A stretch of 64,000 bases of DNA from Guillardia theta CCMP2712 (Eukaryota > Protista > Cryptophyta): positions 90,348 through 154,347 of the forward strand of contig NW_005434652.1 in assembly GCF_000315625.1 (NCBI RefSeq), given 5' to 3'. The notes beneath the pieces were generated by a model that was given only the letters and a program-made list of their open reading frames with translations, searched no databases and was not told the DNA's origin. Made by a program: the position numbers and the translations under genes. Position 1 is the first letter of the stretch; every line of letters starts with the position of its first letter. This document shows positions 61,993-64,000 of this stretch, piece by piece.

Positions 61993-64000
61993 CTACTTCT
62001 TATTGCATCGGGTGGAGATTCTTTGACCGAGCAACCTTGCGTTCGCTATCCCGGCAGTGGATTCCTTAACTTCCACTCGAGACACTGTAAACCCAAGGTT
62101 CCCCCGCACGCTCCCGTTGACGATGTTGGCGTCGCTGCTCTGAGGATCAGAAGCCCCGACGTCCTCATCAGATGCGATGCCTGCGATCCTGCGGCAAGAG
62201 TCAGAGGAGAAAGAGGAGGGGGAGGAGAAGTTCTAGGGAGGAGGGAGGAAAGAGATGAGCGAAGGGGAGGCAAAGGCAAGGGTTTGAGGAGAGGCAAGAG
62301 GGGAGGGAGGAGGGAGGAGGGAGGGGTAGAGTGAAAGGAGGAAGCGAGGGGGCGGAGGGAGAAGAGAGGACAGGACAGGCAGGGAGGAGGAGGAGATAGG
62401 AGGGCAAGGCTTACCTCGACTCAATTCTTGACGCGGCGATTCGCTTCTCTTCGAGGCTATAGAAGTAGTCGCATGTCTCCATCGACTCCTGGGCTTGAAG
62501 GGTTGCCTCGCTCCTCGCCCCTTCCCCTCCATCCTCCAGTGTCTCTTCCGCTACTTGTAGCCCTTCCACATGCTGAAATGGCTTCTCCTCCTTCTCCTTC
62601 TCTTCTGTCTTCCCTCTATCCTCTCTCTTTCCTCTCTTCTCCTCCTCTTTCTCAAGCGGCAAGACTTCGATCTGCTCGCCCTTTCGGGACGTGACCTGCT
62701 GCTGAATCTCGTGCATGTCTCGGTCTCGGGCGGTCACGTCAGGCGAGTCACGGGAGGGCAGGCGGGGGATGTCGATGCTGATGCTGTCGCGAGAGTTCGA
62801 GGCCTCTCCGCGCACTCCCGAGCTGCTGTCGGTCCCCTCAGCAGGCAACGAGGAGCTGAGCTCAGACCCGTGGAGGTCCGGGCTTGTGATGATCTGCGAG
62901 GTAAGGCTGACGACCTGGTCTGGCCCCAACCAGAGGGTGGAGGAATCAGCCTCTGCGTTTCCGTGCAGCACCGGCGGGGGAGGGGCGGGGGGAGGGGGAG
63001 GGCCGGTCAGGCTCGCGTCTACTTTCAGCGACTTGGCCATGCCCTTCCTCCTGCGCAACACGAACGCGAGCCCGACGGAGAGGAGGAAGGCGCCGGAGAT
63101 AGAGGATGCGATGATGATGGTGTTGGACGAAGATGACGATGGTGCAGAGGTCGCCTGCGCGGAAGTTTGCTGTGGGGATGACACTTCCTGGTAGTTTGAG
63201 ATGCCGACGAACCCGTTCTGCTTGATCTTGTCGTTGAGCGATGAGAACGACAACGCAGACGCGAAGTTTGCGATGCTGAAGTCTATCAGGTACGAGTGAC
63301 TCGCCCTCCGTTTCAGCAGCATGATCTTAGACATGATGACGTCATCCGCCTTCACCCCAGCTGTTTCAGCGACTGACTGCCGGAAGGTCAACTGGTCAGA
63401 AACGCTCAAGTAGCTGTTGGTGGTGAGCTGGACCCGGTAGCTGGACACAAACCCCTTCACGCACTGTCCCTGACTCACTCCGTTACACCCGCTCCAGTAG
63501 TATCCGTCTCCGCAGGCTTTGACCGCACAGGCAGAGCAGCTGGCGTCCGCCATCTGCGAGCAAGGAGCGGACTGATACTCCGTCAGAGAGCAGGTGGAGC
63601 AGCTCCTGCACTCTCCTGTCGACCCAGAGCCGCATCCTGTCCTGTACTGCCCCGAGCTGCAGGAGAGCGAGCTGCAGCTCGAGCACTTGGCGTCGCTCTT
63701 CCACGAGCAGTTCTGCAGGGCAAACTCGTCGGCCTTACACCTGCGGCAGGCCCTGCAGTCGCCCTGGTAGGACGGGGAGCAGGCAGACAAGAAGCTCGAG
63801 GCGTTACATCGCTTGCATTGCACGCAGTCGCTCAAGGAGGAGGAGCCTTGCGTGGAGTTGCGATACGCCGGACATTCAAGGCACGTCCCTCTCGCCTGAT
63901 CCTCGTACGTACCAGCAGGGCAGGCCTGACAGCCGTTGCTGGTGCTCTCGACATACCCGGGCATGCAGACGCAGCTCGTGCTGGAGGAGCTTGCTGCCGG
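61993..64000 (-). CDS. Cys-rich (GCC2/GCC3- and TNFR-like repeats) type I membrane protein, 5' end beyond window
   Basis: CQACPAGTYED and repeated CxxC modules; stem domain; TM IIIASSISGAFLLSVGLAFVL followed by RRRK; disordered cytoplasmic tail; last intron at about 62191-62413. Confidence 0.85.

Overview
Eukaryotic nuclear DNA, gene-dense, with many very short (about 40-60 nt) GT/GC-AG introns and longer introns filled with simple repeats ((GGA)n, (GGAGCA)n, (GAT)n). It has two 100-N gaps. The style and gene set suggest a cryptophyte alga (Guillardia-like); this is an inference. About 18 spliced genes or gene fragments can be reconstructed: METTL22-like, an EEP-domain protein, fungal-type MSS51, a CASTOR/POLLUX channel fragment, ARP10, an LRR protein, a hypothetical protein, pyroglutamyl peptidase I, an NAD-dependent epimerase, a giant TPR protein, a PGY-repeat/EF-hand protein, MCTS1, an mRNA cap N7-methyltransferase with a signal-like leader, enolase, a basic RGG-rich protein, an Sfi1-like protein, an FkbM methyltransferase and a Cys-rich membrane protein. 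A complete, young Ty1/Copia element lies at 14441-22247 (identical 389-bp LTRs, GATGT target-site duplication). It has several odd features: a hairpin-dense ~860-nt 3' region, a C2H2-spaced Gag finger, a degenerate primer-binding site, and frame-compensating lesions. Exon boundaries were read by eye and are approximate. All family calls come from remembered motifs, not database searches.
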